A stretch of DNA of 64,000 nucleotides from NCBI GenBank assembly GCA_964344635.1, contig CAYFOE010000004.1, positions 279 through 64,278 of the forward strand, in the 5' to 3' direction. Below are positions 1-10,106 of the stretch, piece by piece; the stretch's first letter is position 1; every line of letters begins with the position of its first letter. The stretch is from Candidatus Woesearchaeota archaeon (GTDB taxonomy: Archaea; Nanobdellota; Nanobdellia; SCGC-AAA011-G17; UBA489). The notes under the pieces are model-generated. The model saw only the letters and a program-made list of their open reading frames with translations, did no database searches and was not told the origin of the DNA. A program made the translations under genes and the position numbers.

Positions 1-1519
1 TAGTCTCATCTTCTTTAACCTCTAACTGTTTCTTCACAAGATCATGTGCTTTGCACTTTCCAACAATCACATCCTCATGATTCTCATATCTTTCAAGCAG
101 AATCGTTTCTTCTTTCAAGTTCTTGATCTGCTTGTCTTTATCATACCTAATTCCCATCTCATTGCAGTAAGCTATGATCTTCTCAATTTTCTTAGAATAT
201 AACAATAAACAACCAGTTTGCCTTGCCCAATCAAACAGTTTTATTCCCATTGGGTTATTCATGATCAAGACAGGCCTTAGAGAATTAAACTGAGGAATCT
301 TTCTCATATCAAATGAATAACCTTGCGACATGCAACCAATCATCGAGGTAATGTATCTCTTTCCTGCCATCCCCAGATATCTGCCTTTCTTATCTCTCTT
401 AATGGAAACTGCATATCCAGAAATAGGAACATCCATGATATCATCATACACATAGATGAGATAATCCACAGGATCATTATCAAACTTCCAAACGTCAACC
501 AAACGCTTACCTTTCTCGTCAGTATACTTATGTATATGGTCTTTATTGAACCAGCTAGGTATCTTCTTAGGGAAGTCAGAATTAAGCCTTATTTGTAGCT
601 TATATCGCTTAATAAGGTACATTACAAAGTAAAATATAGCTTGCTCCTCAAAAGCAAAACCTAAAGTAGAATTATCTAAGATACTCTTAACAACCTCTTT
701 CTGATGAATCTTAGGAACGAGCTCTGCAATAAGATTCTCAGGCCTTGATGGGTTGTAATAATAACGCCTTTGTTTATAACTGTAAATCTTAACCCATCCA
801 ACACTCGCCAAACGATAGATAAACCAAGACTTGACAACATCTTCATCAAGCCTATACTTGATCTTCATTACATCAATCGGATAAATCTCATTAGACTGGA
901 TGATATCAAGATATGCTGTTCTAACCTCTTTTGGCATAAGATCAATAACCTTAAGCCTGACTGCCTCTTCATCCTTACCATAAACATATCCTGGCTTTCT
1001 CCCATGAATCATCTCAGTAGCAGGAATAGTGAACTCGCTTCTGTTGATCTTTCCTGCAGTAAATAACTCTCTGATACACTGGTAAGTGTAATCCCAATTC
1101 TTGTAATCCTCCATTGAAGGATAATCTTTCAATTGATAGAAAACTTCAGCTAAAGTCAGGCCAGTCTTATTGTTTTGAAATATCTCAAATATCTTGCCCT
1201 TGATCCCAACAAACAAATCCTCAATGTCAACTGCATTCTTTAGCTTCTCAATCTTCTTACGAACCTCATCTTTGCTCAGACCATAAACAAAAGATCGAGA
1301 ACACATCCTCTTCTTTGACTGGACTCTTTCGGTACTCTTGACTATGAGTTCATTTTTGAGCAACTGCTTCAAATAACTTGAAACATGATGCTTTTTCAAA
1401 GAAGTATTCTTAAACTCCTCAGCAATCTCAGAAGTAGTTACTGCACGCTTTCTTACAATGTACTTGTAAATCTTATACGTGAATCCTCCCGTATTAAACA
1501 TAACATTTTTGTCTGCCAA
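1..1519 (-). CDS. Partial (runs off left edge) >=506 aa protein: three tandem winged-helix-like repeats plus C-terminal PD-(D/E)xK-like nuclease domain
   Basis: Manual translation gives an open frame from TTG 1519 (GAGGTAGG SD upstream; alternative ATG 1501) to position 2. Helix-rich repeats end in FVYG/YVYG/YYYN wings; GFAFEE (287-292), PVD (D352), SIK (372-374). Confidence 0.8.
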   Translation of the reverse strand, partial: MADKNVMFNTGGFTYKIYKYIVRKRAVTTSEIAEEFKNTSLKKHHVSSYLKQLLKNELIVKSTERVQSKKRMCSRSFVYGLSKDEVRKKIEKLKNAVDIEDLFVGIKGKIFEIFQNNKTGLTLAEVFYQLKDYPSMEDYKNWDYTYQCIRELFTAGKINRSEFTIPATEMIHGRKPGYVYGKDEEAVRLKVIDLMPKEVRTAYLDIIQSNEIYPIDVMKIKYRLDEDVVKSWFIYRLASVGWVKIYSYKQRRYYYNPSRPENLIAELVPKIHQKEVVKSILDNSTLGFAFEEQAIFYFVMYLIKRYKLQIRLNSDFPKKIPSWFNKDHIHKYTDEKGKRLVDVWKFDNDPVDYLIYVYDDIMDVPISGYAVSIKRDKKGRYLGMAGKRYITSMIGCMSQGYSFDMRKIPQFNSLRPVLIMNNPMGIKLFDWARQTGCLLLYSKKIEKIIAYCNEMGIRYDKDKQIKNLKEETILLERYENHEDVIVGKCKAHDLVKKQLEVKEDET

Positions 1520-1578
1520 TTTATCCTACCTCTTACAGTAATTGACAGAATTAGATAGGATAAATAGTTAGTTCGCTA

Positions 1579-1661
1579 ATTTAGTCATCTTTATATCCCA
1601 TTTCGATATATATTTAAACATCAGGGATTTTCAATGGTTAAGACATTGAATATGACTAAAT
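1579..1661. promoter_or_regulatory. Nested inverted repeats around the TATA box of the left-edge gene
   Basis: ATTTAGTCAT 1579-1588 / ATGACTAAAT 1652-1661; TATATC-N7-GATATA 1592-1610; TTCAATG-N7-CATTGAA 1630-1650; minus-strand TTTAAATA at 1618-1611. Confidence 0.45.
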
Positions 1662-1671
1662 AAACTATATC

Positions 1672-2322
1672 TTACTGATCAGAAGATTCTTCTTTAACAG
1701 GCATCACAATTCTTACAAGTGTTTGAAGAACTCTCAATGAGATCTCCAACCCAATCACAAAAGCCAAATAATATGCAAGCTGGGACCAGAATAAAGGTAC
1801 TTGCTTAGCAATCTCAAAAATCGAGCCAATCGAGAAGTAACTTGCATCCACTAAAAAGATACCCAATAATGCAAAAGGCACCATTTTTGCTAAATCTTGA
1901 GAAAGGTTTTCATTATAGTAAGCAGTTATTCTCACAGCACTAACTAGCGCCATCGAAGTTAATATCACTGACCCAACAGATCCGCTCTTTGTAAGGAATA
2001 AGAGGAATGTCGAAAGTATTGCAAACCAAAAGAAAATACAAACCGGAGTTAGTATAATGTTTTCCACCAAATAGATAATACTCTTTCCAAGTTTCTTTAT
2101 CCACCCCAAAAAACCTTGTTCTTTAGTCCAATTGAACTTTACAATATCCTTCCTTGCAAGGAATCTATAGAATTTGAAGATAAATATCGAATAGATTGTA
2201 ACACCTATAATAAATATCAAGAGTGGCTTGACAGTTTGAATAAATTCTGCCAAAGTAAAACTGCTCAAAGAAAAGTCAGGAATAGAATTTGTAAGCTCTG
2301 AAATGCCCGTTAAGTTCACCAT
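1672..2322 (-). CDS. Conserved hypothetical multi-pass membrane protein
   Basis: 216 aa ORF with about 5 hydrophobic helices; TAYYNENLSQDLAKMVPF motif; TATA (2356-2349) about 26 nt before the ATG. Confidence 0.8.
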   Translation of the reverse strand: MVNLTGISELTNSIPDFSLSSFTLAEFIQTVKPLLIFIIGVTIYSIFIFKFYRFLARKDIVKFNWTKEQGFLGWIKKLGKSIIYLVENIILTPVCIFFWFAILSTFLLFLTKSGSVGSVILTSMALVSAVRITAYYNENLSQDLAKMVPFALLGIFLVDASYFSIGSIFEIAKQVPLFWSQLAYYLAFVIGLEISLRVLQTLVRIVMPVKEESSDQ

Positions 2323-2409
2323 CTTCTTTTAAAATAAAGAGTTTAACATATTTAAAGTTATTTAATTGAAAAGCTTTATATTGTTGTTTTTGCGTTTTTT
2401 AGTAGGAAG

Positions 2410-5400
2410 ATGATTCTAGAAAAAAGAGGATACTGGAAGTTTTTGGTATTACTTGCAAGTATGTTTTTGTTTTCAATTTATCCTACCAATGCACAAGAAA
2501 TGGGTTGTTGTGAATATGACGGACAAGGAAGCTACTGTCTGCCAACCACCCAGGCAAATTGCGATCCTAATGCATTATGGACTTCAGTTTCATGCGAACA
2601 AACCAGCTTTTGTTCAGTAGGCTGTTGCATTAATTCCATAGATGGATCCTGTAGTGAAAATGTCCCACAAGCAGCCTGTGAGAACACTCAGAACACTGCA
2701 TTCCATGAAGGAACTAGTTGTGATACAATCTCTTATTGTCAAATGGGTTGTTGTGAACTAGGGAGTAGTTTTATTTTTAATACAAAACAATCCTGTCAAA
2801 GACTAATTGATGAATATTATCCCTCACTAGACATTGAACAATCATGGAATGATCAAATAACCGATGAGTATACCTGTATATCTCAGTCCATACAGGAAGA
2901 CGAAGGATGCTGCGTCGAATCAGACGGAGTTTTCAACTACTGTAATTGGGGAACAAGAGGAACCTGCTCTACTAGCGGAGAAGAAAACAGTGCAGAAAGT
3001 TCCGAAGGATTTTACAAAGACATTTTTTGTAGCAACTCCAACCTAGAATGTAGTACCTGCACAGCTCACGTATACACTGATTGTGGAGGACAGAATAACG
3101 AAGATGTTTATTGGTTTGACTCTTGCGGGAATAGAGAAGAACTAGTGGAATCATGTGACCCGCTTGGAATTTATGGAGCCGGAAGCATCTGTAAAAATGA
3201 TGGAAATAATGCAGCCTGTTCTAGCGTGGACTGTGAAGACACCTCCGATTTTTTGAACAATGTTCACGATCCTGAAATGGGAGGTTATCGGTCCAACGGA
3301 GAGAGTTGGTGTGTAAGGCAGGCCAAAGTAGGCATAGGTTCAGACCTACCAGGAAGTAGACATTATAGATATTCTTGTATTTATGGAGAAGAATTAGTAG
3401 AGTCCTGTGATGAATTCAGGGAAGACATTTGTTTACAGTTTTTACCCAATGAATCATCAGGTATGAATTTTGCAGCATGTGTTGAAAATGAAGGAGCTAA
3501 CTGTGTCAGTGAATGCAACAAAAAACCACTTAATGAAAAAAGAAATCAAAACGAAGCCTGCTGCGAACAATATGACTCCTGTTCTTGGATGAGCTCTGCA
3601 TGCGTTCCGAATGTCCCCCCAGGCTATGCATTCGATGATAGATTTGTTCAAACAACACCAGAATATTCTGCAAAAGACCAATGTAAAGTAGGCAATGCTG
3701 AATGTGAAAGTGTCTGGGTAAAAAATTGGAAATTCCAATGGGAATGTAAAGAAAATTGTCATTGCATGAACGAAGACTGGCCTGCAGACATGAACACATT
3801 CTGTAGAAGTTTAGGAGACTGTGGCGCATGGTATAATCTAGCCGGAGAGTTTACATCTAGTGGCCAAAGAACCGGAGGAAGTGGCCAAACCAAAAATTTG
3901 AATTCTAAAGATTATCAAAAAGATTATCCATTCTCTGAAGTAATCAATGGTGGCGACCAACTAACCATCAATTCCGAGTTATTAAAACACACAACCGCAT
4001 GGGAAATGTATCACTTTTGGAGAGTTGAAGCTATATTTTTATGGCCAATTTGGTTTTTGGAAGATTTTGACAGTGCATTGACATCTTTTTTAAGAGCAGC
4101 AGGCTTTGGTTGGTTATTTGGAATCGGAGACAGGAAAACTAAAACCCATAAATTCTTTTGTTCACCCTGGCAAGCACCTCTAAGATCAGACAGTTGCGAG
4201 CAATGTAGTGACCTGGCACCCGACGGAGTTTGCTATGAATCACTATGTAGGAGCCTAGGAAAGAATTGTGAATTAATTAATGGCGATGATCCAATACTCG
4301 CAGAATGCATTAGTGGAAGTGTTAACGATGTAGTTCCTCCACACATAACACCCTCCTTTGAAATTATTGAAAATCAAAAAGACCAATTTGATGTTAACTA
4401 CCAAGTAAATATCATCTCCGGAGGAAACGGCTTTGTTATAGATCCTGACGTTGACCCCCTGAAAGAATTTGTGATCGGACTAGAAACAAATGAGCCCGCA
4501 CAATGCAGATATGATTTCAGTTTAGATAAAATAAGTTATTATGAAATGGACTATGAATTCGACGAAGGTAGCGCATTAGTTCATGAACACAACCTAAGCC
4601 TAGTCCTGCCTGGAGGAAAAGATTACGAACTCTATGTGAGGTGTATGGACTTCTACGAAAATGGTGAAGATGCCCCACCCTACCTTGTTAAGTTTAATAC
4701 AAAAGATGAACCCGACAATCAACCAGCAATAATTCTTGCAACAGACCCTTGGCAAGGAAGCCCAGTAGCTTACAATGTAAATGAAACCCCACTGATACTA
4801 TACCTGAATGAACCAGTAGAAACATGTAGATGGAGCAATCAAAACATTCCATTCGAACAAATGCATCTAAACAATAGCTTCTTCTGCGGATGTGACGTAG
4901 GAGAATTAAACTCATGTACCGGAACTAGTGCTTCAGGAGGGGAAGATCTTTGCGAGTACTTAGATGAGAACGGCCTATTTGTTTATGATGACTTTGAGTG
5001 CGTCGGATTATTGGAAGGAATACAACCCGAACAAGAAAACGAATTCTTTATCTCATGTGTAGACATTCAAAAGGACGATGGAACTGGTTGTAATTATTTC
5101 TCAAACAATTACAAGTTTAGTCTAATGGGAAGTTCAGAACTAGAAATCATCAGCGCAGAACCAGAAAATGGAACATATTACACACCCTGGTTTGATGTAA
5201 GAATTACCACACTAGGCGGAGCGGATAATGGAAACGCAGTTTGTTATTTAGACGGCATTGAATTCTATGAAACAGGAAGCAATTTGCATATTCAATCACA
5301 AAACAGATCTGCAGGAAGTTACGAGTACGGCATTGAGTGTATGGATGTTGCAGGGAATGTAGCAAGTATAGCGATGGAAATAGAAATTGATATCGATGAC

Positions 5401-5643
5401 AATGCACCCACAGTTGAAAACTTATACCTCCAAGGCGGAATACTCTACTTGATCACTGACGAACCAAGCACTTGCGAATATAGCATAGATAATCCTGAAT
5501 TTTCAATTGGAAACGGATTAGAACTAACCGGAAGAATGGTAAAAGAGCACAGCCTTGCATTTGTTGAAGACGTCTACTACATCAAATGCTATGATTCTTA
5601 TACGAATATAGGAGAAACAATAAGTGTCTATAATGGGGCTTAG
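2410..5643 (+). CDS. Giant secreted Cys-rich protein, paralog 1 (N-terminal CC modules, central hydrophobic insert, C-terminal Ig-like repeats)
   Basis: 1077 aa; signal peptide ending TNA|Q; repeated GCC motifs, YWFDSCGN, LGDCGAWYN, CSPWQAP; acidic C-terminal repeats NEPAQCRY / NEPVETCRW / DEPSTCEY. Confidence 0.85.
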   Translation: MILEKRGYWKFLVLLASMFLFSIYPTNAQEMGCCEYDGQGSYCLPTTQANCDPNALWTSVSCEQTSFCSVGCCINSIDGSCSENVPQAACENTQNTAFHEGTSCDTISYCQMGCCELGSSFIFNTKQSCQRLIDEYYPSLDIEQSWNDQITDEYTCISQSIQEDEGCCVESDGVFNYCNWGTRGTCSTSGEENSAESSEGFYKDIFCSNSNLECSTCTAHVYTDCGGQNNEDVYWFDSCGNREELVESCDPLGIYGAGSICKNDGNNAACSSVDCEDTSDFLNNVHDPEMGGYRSNGESWCVRQAKVGIGSDLPGSRHYRYSCIYGEELVESCDEFREDICLQFLPNESSGMNFAACVENEGANCVSECNKKPLNEKRNQNEACCEQYDSCSWMSSACVPNVPPGYAFDDRFVQTTPEYSAKDQCKVGNAECESVWVKNWKFQWECKENCHCMNEDWPADMNTFCRSLGDCGAWYNLAGEFTSSGQRTGGSGQTKNLNSKDYQKDYPFSEVINGGDQLTINSELLKHTTAWEMYHFWRVEAIFLWPIWFLEDFDSALTSFLRAAGFGWLFGIGDRKTKTHKFFCSPWQAPLRSDSCEQCSDLAPDGVCYESLCRSLGKNCELINGDDPILAECISGSVNDVVPPHITPSFEIIENQKDQFDVNYQVNIISGGNGFVIDPDVDPLKEFVIGLETNEPAQCRYDFSLDKISYYEMDYEFDEGSALVHEHNLSLVLPGGKDYELYVRCMDFYENGEDAPPYLVKFNTKDEPDNQPAIILATDPWQGSPVAYNVNETPLILYLNEPVETCRWSNQNIPFEQMHLNNSFFCGCDVGELNSCTGTSASGGEDLCEYLDENGLFVYDDFECVGLLEGIQPEQENEFFISCVDIQKDDGTGCNYFSNNYKFSLMGSSELEIISAEPENGTYYTPWFDVRITTLGGADNGNAVCYLDGIEFYETGSNLHIQSQNRSAGSYEYGIECMDVAGNVASIAMEIEIDIDDNAPTVENLYLQGGILYLITDEPSTCEYSIDNPEFSIGNGLELTGRMVKEHSLAFVEDVYYIKCYDSYTNIGETISVYNGA

Positions 5644-5697
5644 ATTGGCTAAAAGGAATATTTATATAGGTTGGATGAATAAAATTAGAAAGATGGG

Positions 5698-6504
5698 GTG
5701 TTTTATTTGAGCAAAAAAGAGCAAACTAGTTTTTTTCAAGGAATCAAGTCTAAAAAGGCTCAGGCAACAACCTTTATTGTTCTAGGCTTAGTCATTCTAG
5801 CTGTTGTTGTTTTGTTCGGATTTGTCAGAACCCAGTTTTTATTCGGTCCAGTTTCCATAGACAAATTAAACCAAGTTGGCTTGGAACCAATCAGAGATCA
5901 TGTAGAAGACTGTGTAGAAGAAGTAGCACCAGAATACTTTGACAGAATAGGAATGCAAGGCGGTTATTTGTCTACGCCCGAAGACACATTTAGAAATGTA
6001 AACGGAGTAACCGTAAGCTATCTTTGTTACAATATGGAAGATGTTCCAAACTGTTACAATCGTTATTTGACCTTAAGTGGAATGGAATCACAATTGAGTA
6101 ATGCAATAGTTGATGGGTTAAGCAGTTGTATTAATCTTAAAGGATTTGCAAGAGGGGCAACATTGAACGTTGGAAACTTAGACGTTGAAGTAGACGTAGG
6201 AGATTATGAATCAATCGTAGATGTCAAGATGCCCATCAGAATTTCAAAAGGCGATCTATTTGTTGAAGAAAGTGATTTCAGCACAAGTTTGAAATTACCT
6301 CTTGGAGCACTATATGGGGTTTCAATGGACATTCTAGAGAGTGAAACCACAGTCGGAGAATTTGATCAGTTAGGTTATATGCTAATGCATAGAGGACAAT
6401 ACGTAATCGATAAAAAAAGACCTTATCCTGATAAGTTGTATGTTTTGAAGACTAAAGATGATGACTATATCTTCCAATTTTTTGTACAGGGCGAACCTGC
6501 ATAG
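5698..6504 (+). CDS. Pilin-like protein with class III signal peptide (KKA|QA)
   Basis: SKKAQATTFIVLGLVILAVVVLF fits the archaeal prepilin pattern; true start may be TTG 5707 after the GGGGTG SD. Confidence 0.8.
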   Translation: MFYLSKKEQTSFFQGIKSKKAQATTFIVLGLVILAVVVLFGFVRTQFLFGPVSIDKLNQVGLEPIRDHVEDCVEEVAPEYFDRIGMQGGYLSTPEDTFRNVNGVTVSYLCYNMEDVPNCYNRYLTLSGMESQLSNAIVDGLSSCINLKGFARGATLNVGNLDVEVDVGDYESIVDVKMPIRISKGDLFVEESDFSTSLKLPLGALYGVSMDILESETTVGEFDQLGYMLMHRGQYVIDKKRPYPDKLYVLKTKDDDYIFQFFVQGEPA

Positions 6505-6514
6505 GTGATTAAAT

Positions 6515-9500
6515 TTGTTTAGTAATAAATACACAAAGGAAAAGGCATTGTTCCAGATTTTCCTAATTGTATTTGTAGCATTTACCATTTCTGTTAATGT
6601 GGACAAAGTAGAAGCACAATCCCAAGACGTTTGTTGTGCAGAAACTGTCTCAGGAGAGAGTTGTGTTTATACCTCCTCTGATAATTGTGCTCCCGGATCT
6701 CAGAGTGCCGCAGCTTCATGTGAACAAACTAGCTTCTGTAAACTAGGATGTGGATTTGATCAAGAAGACGGACTATGCTTTAACAATATGCCAAAGTTTT
6801 CCTGTGAAAACAAAGAAGGATGTTCTTGGAGCCCAGAAGCTGATTGCGATATCCCTCAATGTGAAAGAGGATGTTGTGTTTTAAGCAATCAATGCTCATT
6901 TACAACACAAGTTCAATGTAAACAAATAACCTCACAATATGAAGACATTAACATGACATTCGATGAAGGAATCACATCAGAAGTTGCATGTTTGAATCAG
7001 TGTAGGAGCTATGAACGAGGGGCTTGTGTTAGCGATGACGGAAGCTGTAGTTTTACAACCAGGGATGCTTGTACAGAAGAGAATGCAGAAGGCGTTAACG
7101 TCACATTACCTTTAGTTGGATTCCATCCAGGTATGCTATGCAGTAATCCAAGACTCGGAACAGAATGTGCACCACAACACACCACTGCATGTTTAGCTGA
7201 GGCAGACGGAGTTTACTGGTTTGACTCTTGCGGAAACGCAGAAAATGTTTATTCTTCAGACAAAGTTAAAAGTTACAATGGAGGATTTGTCTTAAGCAAA
7301 GAAGAAAGCTGTGGATATGGTAATGCAAATATTGACAGTGAAGTCTGCGGAAATTGTGACTATTCTCTAGGCAGTTTATGCTCAATAGCCGAAGAAGGTG
7401 TTAATCCAGTCTATGGAGACTTTGCATGTAAAAGCCTAGCTTGCGATGGCGAAATTGTAACGGTCGATTTGAATGCACCTGCAACCAGCAACTTGCCCCT
7501 AGCTAATGGAGAAAGCTGGTGTGCATACGATGGATTGGTTGGGGCAAACGAGAATGCAGGACTAGGTCTAGACTTAGTAGGGAGCAGACACTATAGGAGA
7601 ATTTGTATCAATGGCGAAGAATTTACAGAACCTTGTAAAGACTTCAGAGAAGAAATGTGCGTACAGGGAGAAGTTGACCCTAACGTAGATCCAGCATTAC
7701 AACAAATCTTTGGAACCCAAGAAAGTTTTGGAAGTGCAGGCGTAGGGGATAATCTGATTTACGGAGCATGTAGGGAAAATAGATTCCAAGATTGTACATC
7801 CGTTAAAACCAAAGACGCATGCGAAAACAATGCAGTAAGAGATTGTACATGGATACTGGGAAATGAGAAAGAAGTCCCCCAAAACAATAAAGGAATAACA
7901 GCATGTGTTCCACTAGTTTCTCCAGGATTAAAACATTGGAGCGATGAAAGTTCAACCACCTCAAGCAAAGTTGATCCCAAGGCAACTTGTGAAAAAGGAA
8001 ATACTGAATGTACAGTTTATTTTGCAAAAAGTGGATTCGATAACATTCTTGGCGGAGACTGGGAATGTGAAGGTAATTGTGAATGTCTAACTCAAGACTA
8101 TCTACAAGATGCTAATGCAGTTTGTAAAAGTTTAGGAGACTGCGGAGCATGGTATAATATAGCAGGTGACAAAAGTTGTGATGGTTTCGTTGAAAATCTA
8201 AACCAATACACTGATCCAACTGCAAGAAATGATGTAGACGTTTGTAATGCATTAGTTCCATTCGGAGATCTAAGAGGGAAAGGTGGAAGGCATGGAGCAG
8301 ACGTTGCAGGGTTTGACGCATTCTTTAGTCCAGCACTAGGTCCAGCACTAGGGATAACTGCAATCGGAGCAGGATTGAGTTTAGGGGCTGTAGGGGGAGA
8401 ATATAGTCTATTGCAAGGAATCACACATGGTCCGAACTCATTAATATCTTTGACTGAAGGAGGAGCATTTGCGCCCGAAGGCATTGCTGCAGCTGAAGGA
8501 TTACTAGGAACATTGACAACAGTATTCACAGTCGTACAAGTTGCATTATACTTGTACCTAGCATATCAGTTCATCAACACAGTATTCGCAAAAGACAGAG
8601 AAGTTGTAATCGATATCGGATGTAAAGTTTGGCAAGCACCGCCCGGAGGAGAAAACTGTGAACTATGTCAAGAAGATGGAAAAGAGTGTAGCGAGTATAG
8701 ATGTAAGAGTCTGGGTCAAAGTTGTAAACTAGTTAATGAAGGAAGCGAAGATGAAAAATGTATAAGTGCAAACGTTAACGATGTACTGCCTCCATTCGTT
8801 ACAGTGAACAAAGAAAGAACCGTTCATTTGACTGACGGCTTAGACGATATAAGAGACATTACAGAAGTTGAAGGAAAAGGATTTGAAGTAATCCCCAAAA
8901 TTCCACCATTTACAGCAGTCACACTAGTTGTAGACACAAATGAATTTGCACAATGTAAATACGACGTAGAATACGGAAAAGACTTTGACGAAATGGTCCA
9001 ATACTTCGGAGACGGAACATACAACAAAACACACGAAATGTTATTCAGTTTACCTGGAGCTTTAGCAGAACCCGAAGCATTACAATTAACCAACGGCGGC
9101 CAATACCAACTGTATGTTAAATGCCAAGATGGAAACGGCAACCAAAACGAAGCAGACTATTACGCTAAATTCGCAATTGATGACGGTCCAGACTTTACCC
9201 CTCCAATCATAGAAGTTACAAGCATTGCAAATGGAGCATACGTTCCAATGGGCATCAATCAAACTGACTTTTCAATCTATGTAAATGAACCAGCTAATTG
9301 CAAATGGGACGATATTAGCGTTGCATTCGAAGATATGTATCATGAATTTACATGCGATACAAACCCATTCCCAAGTTCCTCACTATATTACGGACTATAT
9401 GAATGCCAAACAGTTTTAGACGGCATCGAAGACATGAGAGACAACGAATACTTCTTCAAATGCGAAGACAAACCCGATAAGCCAAAAGAAGAAAGAAATG

Positions 9501-10069
9501 TTAACATAGAAAGCTACGAATTCCTACTAAGAGGAACTTCCGAATTAGAAATAACAGACGTAGACCCAAGTGGCGGAGAAGAATTAAAATTCAACAGCCC
9601 AACCCTGAAAGTCATTACGGCAGGCGGAGCATATGGCAATGGCGATTCACTTTGTGGATATAACTTCGATACGCCTGGATGGGAAAATGCAATAGAATTC
9701 TTGAACACAAACAGTAGCATTCACGAACAACCATTCTTCAACTTAACTGCAGACGATTACACAATCTACGTAAGTTGCATAGACATTGCAGGAAATATTG
9801 CAGAAGATATTTCCGAATTTAGTGTTATTGTAGATGTCAATGCACCACAAATACAACAAATATATACTTCGCCAGGAATTGTACACATAGTTACAGACGA
9901 ACCAAGCACTTGTGAGTACAGTGTTGAAAGTTCATTTACTTACGGAAACGGAATTCCTATGACTGGAATCATGACTCAAGAACACACTGCAAGTAGGGAA
10001 GGAGATACCTACTACCTGGCATGTATAGATTCATTTGGAAACACTGGAAATTATGTTGTTTTCTTTTAA
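6515..10069 (+). CDS. Giant secreted Cys-rich protein, paralog 2
   Basis: 1184 aa; GGTGAT SD then TTG; collinear with 2410-5643 (YWFDSCGN, NGESWC, GSRHYR, LGDCGAWYN, WQAP, DEPSTCEY); internal Gly/Ala-rich hydrophobic segment. Confidence 0.85.
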   Translation: MFSNKYTKEKALFQIFLIVFVAFTISVNVDKVEAQSQDVCCAETVSGESCVYTSSDNCAPGSQSAAASCEQTSFCKLGCGFDQEDGLCFNNMPKFSCENKEGCSWSPEADCDIPQCERGCCVLSNQCSFTTQVQCKQITSQYEDINMTFDEGITSEVACLNQCRSYERGACVSDDGSCSFTTRDACTEENAEGVNVTLPLVGFHPGMLCSNPRLGTECAPQHTTACLAEADGVYWFDSCGNAENVYSSDKVKSYNGGFVLSKEESCGYGNANIDSEVCGNCDYSLGSLCSIAEEGVNPVYGDFACKSLACDGEIVTVDLNAPATSNLPLANGESWCAYDGLVGANENAGLGLDLVGSRHYRRICINGEEFTEPCKDFREEMCVQGEVDPNVDPALQQIFGTQESFGSAGVGDNLIYGACRENRFQDCTSVKTKDACENNAVRDCTWILGNEKEVPQNNKGITACVPLVSPGLKHWSDESSTTSSKVDPKATCEKGNTECTVYFAKSGFDNILGGDWECEGNCECLTQDYLQDANAVCKSLGDCGAWYNIAGDKSCDGFVENLNQYTDPTARNDVDVCNALVPFGDLRGKGGRHGADVAGFDAFFSPALGPALGITAIGAGLSLGAVGGEYSLLQGITHGPNSLISLTEGGAFAPEGIAAAEGLLGTLTTVFTVVQVALYLYLAYQFINTVFAKDREVVIDIGCKVWQAPPGGENCELCQEDGKECSEYRCKSLGQSCKLVNEGSEDEKCISANVNDVLPPFVTVNKERTVHLTDGLDDIRDITEVEGKGFEVIPKIPPFTAVTLVVDTNEFAQCKYDVEYGKDFDEMVQYFGDGTYNKTHEMLFSLPGALAEPEALQLTNGGQYQLYVKCQDGNGNQNEADYYAKFAIDDGPDFTPPIIEVTSIANGAYVPMGINQTDFSIYVNEPANCKWDDISVAFEDMYHEFTCDTNPFPSSSLYYGLYECQTVLDGIEDMRDNEYFFKCEDKPDKPKEERNVNIESYEFLLRGTSELEITDVDPSGGEELKFNSPTLKVITAGGAYGNGDSLCGYNFDTPGWENAIEFLNTNSSIHEQPFFNLTADDYTIYVSCIDIAGNIAEDISEFSVIVDVNAPQIQQIYTSPGIVHIVTDEPSTCEYSVESSFTYGNGIPMTGIMTQEHTASREGDTYYLACIDSFGNTGNYVVFF

Positions 10070-10106
10070 GGTATATTTAAATATCTAAATCTTGTAACCT
10101 AGTTAG

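Noticed and set aside
323-1066. Plus-strand ORFs 323-598 and 770-1066
   Set aside because: Shadows of the long minus-strand ORF 1-1519, which has an SD and protein-like composition.
1590-1612. Possible Xer/dif site
   Set aside because: Arm orientation and spacer do not fit the archaeal dif pattern as recalled, and no recombinase is in the window.
2410-10069. Naming the giant proteins fusexin/HAP2
   Set aside because: No C-terminal TM and no recognisable HAP2 motif; kept only as a structural hypothesis.
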